From Klebsormidium nitens (Eukaryota; Plantae; Klebsormidiophyceae), in contig DF237341.1 of assembly GCA_000708835.1 (NCBI GenBank), positions 1-64,000 of the forward strand: a stretch of DNA of 64,000 nucleotides, in the 5' to 3' direction. Within the stretch, counting starts at the first letter, position 1, and the number at the start of each line of letters is the position of its first letter. The translations under genes were made by a program, and so were the position numbers. Below are positions 62,801 through 64,000 of the stretch, piece by piece. The notes below the pieces were generated by a model. The model worked only from the letters and a program-made list of their open reading frames with translations, did no database searches and was not told the origin of the DNA.

Positions 62801-64000
62801 CTTCTGCAGCCTGACCAGGAAGCCGGACCACAATGATTGGTCGGACGCAGAATAGCAGGACCCGTTCGAAAGACAACGGCGTTGGTGGATGCTCACTTGG
62901 TGTTGTAGTCGCGGATGGGGTTTGTGGGCTTGACCAGCTTGTCCAGCAGCACCTTGCCCTTGCCCGACACCAGCGTCACGCGCGTCAGCTCCAGCCCCGC
63001 CTCCGTGTAGCACTGCACAGCACACACGCAGCCAGGCGGCTCAGCCAATGCGATACACGTCTGACAAAGCACGGCTGTGTCGGAGAGGAGAACCCACACA
63101 TGCAAGTGGTGGTAAGCTTGCAGCAATCAGCTTGTGACCAGGTGGACTTCGAGCTATCCCTACTTTCTCAAACCCTTTCACTAAAAGACGGCACCCGGTT
63201 CTCACCATTTCGCAGTCCACTGCCACCATGGGCTGCCGCTTCTTTGTACCTGCCAAGTCTACTGCAGGCCGCGTCTGTACAAAACCTGCACAGTCAAGGT
63301 GGTCGTCAAGTTAAAGGTGAAAAACGCAGATTGTCCTCCTGCTTGCGCCTCAGTTATAGACGAGAGTCAGGCACCCGCCTCCTCAACTGCTGATCTTGAG
63401 TAGTCCACTATCATGAACCAAAATCGTCGAAACATGTTCCAGTCAAGATTCCAATCGGCTCGTCCCCAGATCCGGACAGAAGTGCAAGCCCTACCTGGCG
63501 GACAAGTCGGTGGATCCCCTGGTATGACTGTTGGATACTCGTTGTCCCGCATCTCTGTTTCTGTCAGCACGTAATAGGAGGGGGGGAACGGAGGAGGACC
63601 GCTGTTCCTCCTCCTCGAAAAAACGGGGGCCCCACGAGCTGCACCAGCCTTCGCCCCCGCTCCTTGCCCTGCTTTCACATCAGCTGCCTCAGACGTGCTT
63701 GCTTTCTCAGAAGAACCCTCCACGCCATTCCGTTCGTCTGCTGCCGGCGTCCCTACGCCTTCCCCTGGAGCTGGCCCCACTTCTCCGCTCTCTTGTTGGT
63801 CTGCGCCAGCTAGTGACGACCCTTCTGGTGGCTCTGCTGTGGTTCCTCTCTTCCCACTGCCCTGCTCCAACATGTCAGTAATCTCGCCCTCCTCTGTTGC
63901 TCCACTCACTACACTTTTGCCCTCCACTTTCTGTCTCTTCTTCTGAGGTTCTGCGACCTGGAGTGCCGGTTCAGCTGTAACTGCCCCTTTCCCGTTCACC
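59848..64000 (-). CDS. DEDDh 3'-5' RNA exonuclease (SDN5/REXO1-like), 5' end beyond window
   Basis: ExoI VAVDCEM, YSGIT, Exo[23 protein letters not shown], Exo[11 protein letters not shown]; C-terminal [12 protein letters not shown]. The last exon ends TGA at 59848-59850. Confidence 0.92.

Overview
Eukaryotic, intron-rich nuclear DNA from a green alga. The gene set (SQD2, SLP1, AIH, plant-type Nudix, a homologue of an uncharacterised land-plant family) suggests a streptophyte alga; the species cannot be determined from sequence alone. Bases 1-9.7 kb are a nested transposon island. It contains a decayed minus-strand Ty1/Copia element (half-tRNA-iMet PBS, gag-PR-IN-RT-RH, PPT) with three insertions: an 805-bp foldback DNA element with TTAA target duplication, a solo LTR with a perfect CGATC TSD, and an antisense solo LTR of a sister family. 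Other LTR fragments and a MITE flank it. From 9.9 to 64 kb there are 12-13 genes, most of them spliced and many in head-to-head pairs: Mn-SOD / desaturase-like; VTT(TVP38) / C2-like-coiled coil-TM-LysM (interrupted by a 550-N gap); PfkB kinase / SQD2; CBP3-like; Nudix / SLP1; agmatine deiminase / bacterial-type GNAT with an intronless core; an uncharacterised conserved-domain protein; and a 5'-truncated DEDDh RNA exonuclease. I assembled exon structures by eye from GT(GC)-AG junctions and frame continuity. Family assignments come from remembered motifs, not from searches. The most interesting items are the membrane-anchored LysM architecture, the bacterial-like GNAT beside AIH, and the TTAA foldback element. 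No rRNA, tRNA or CRISPR is supported.
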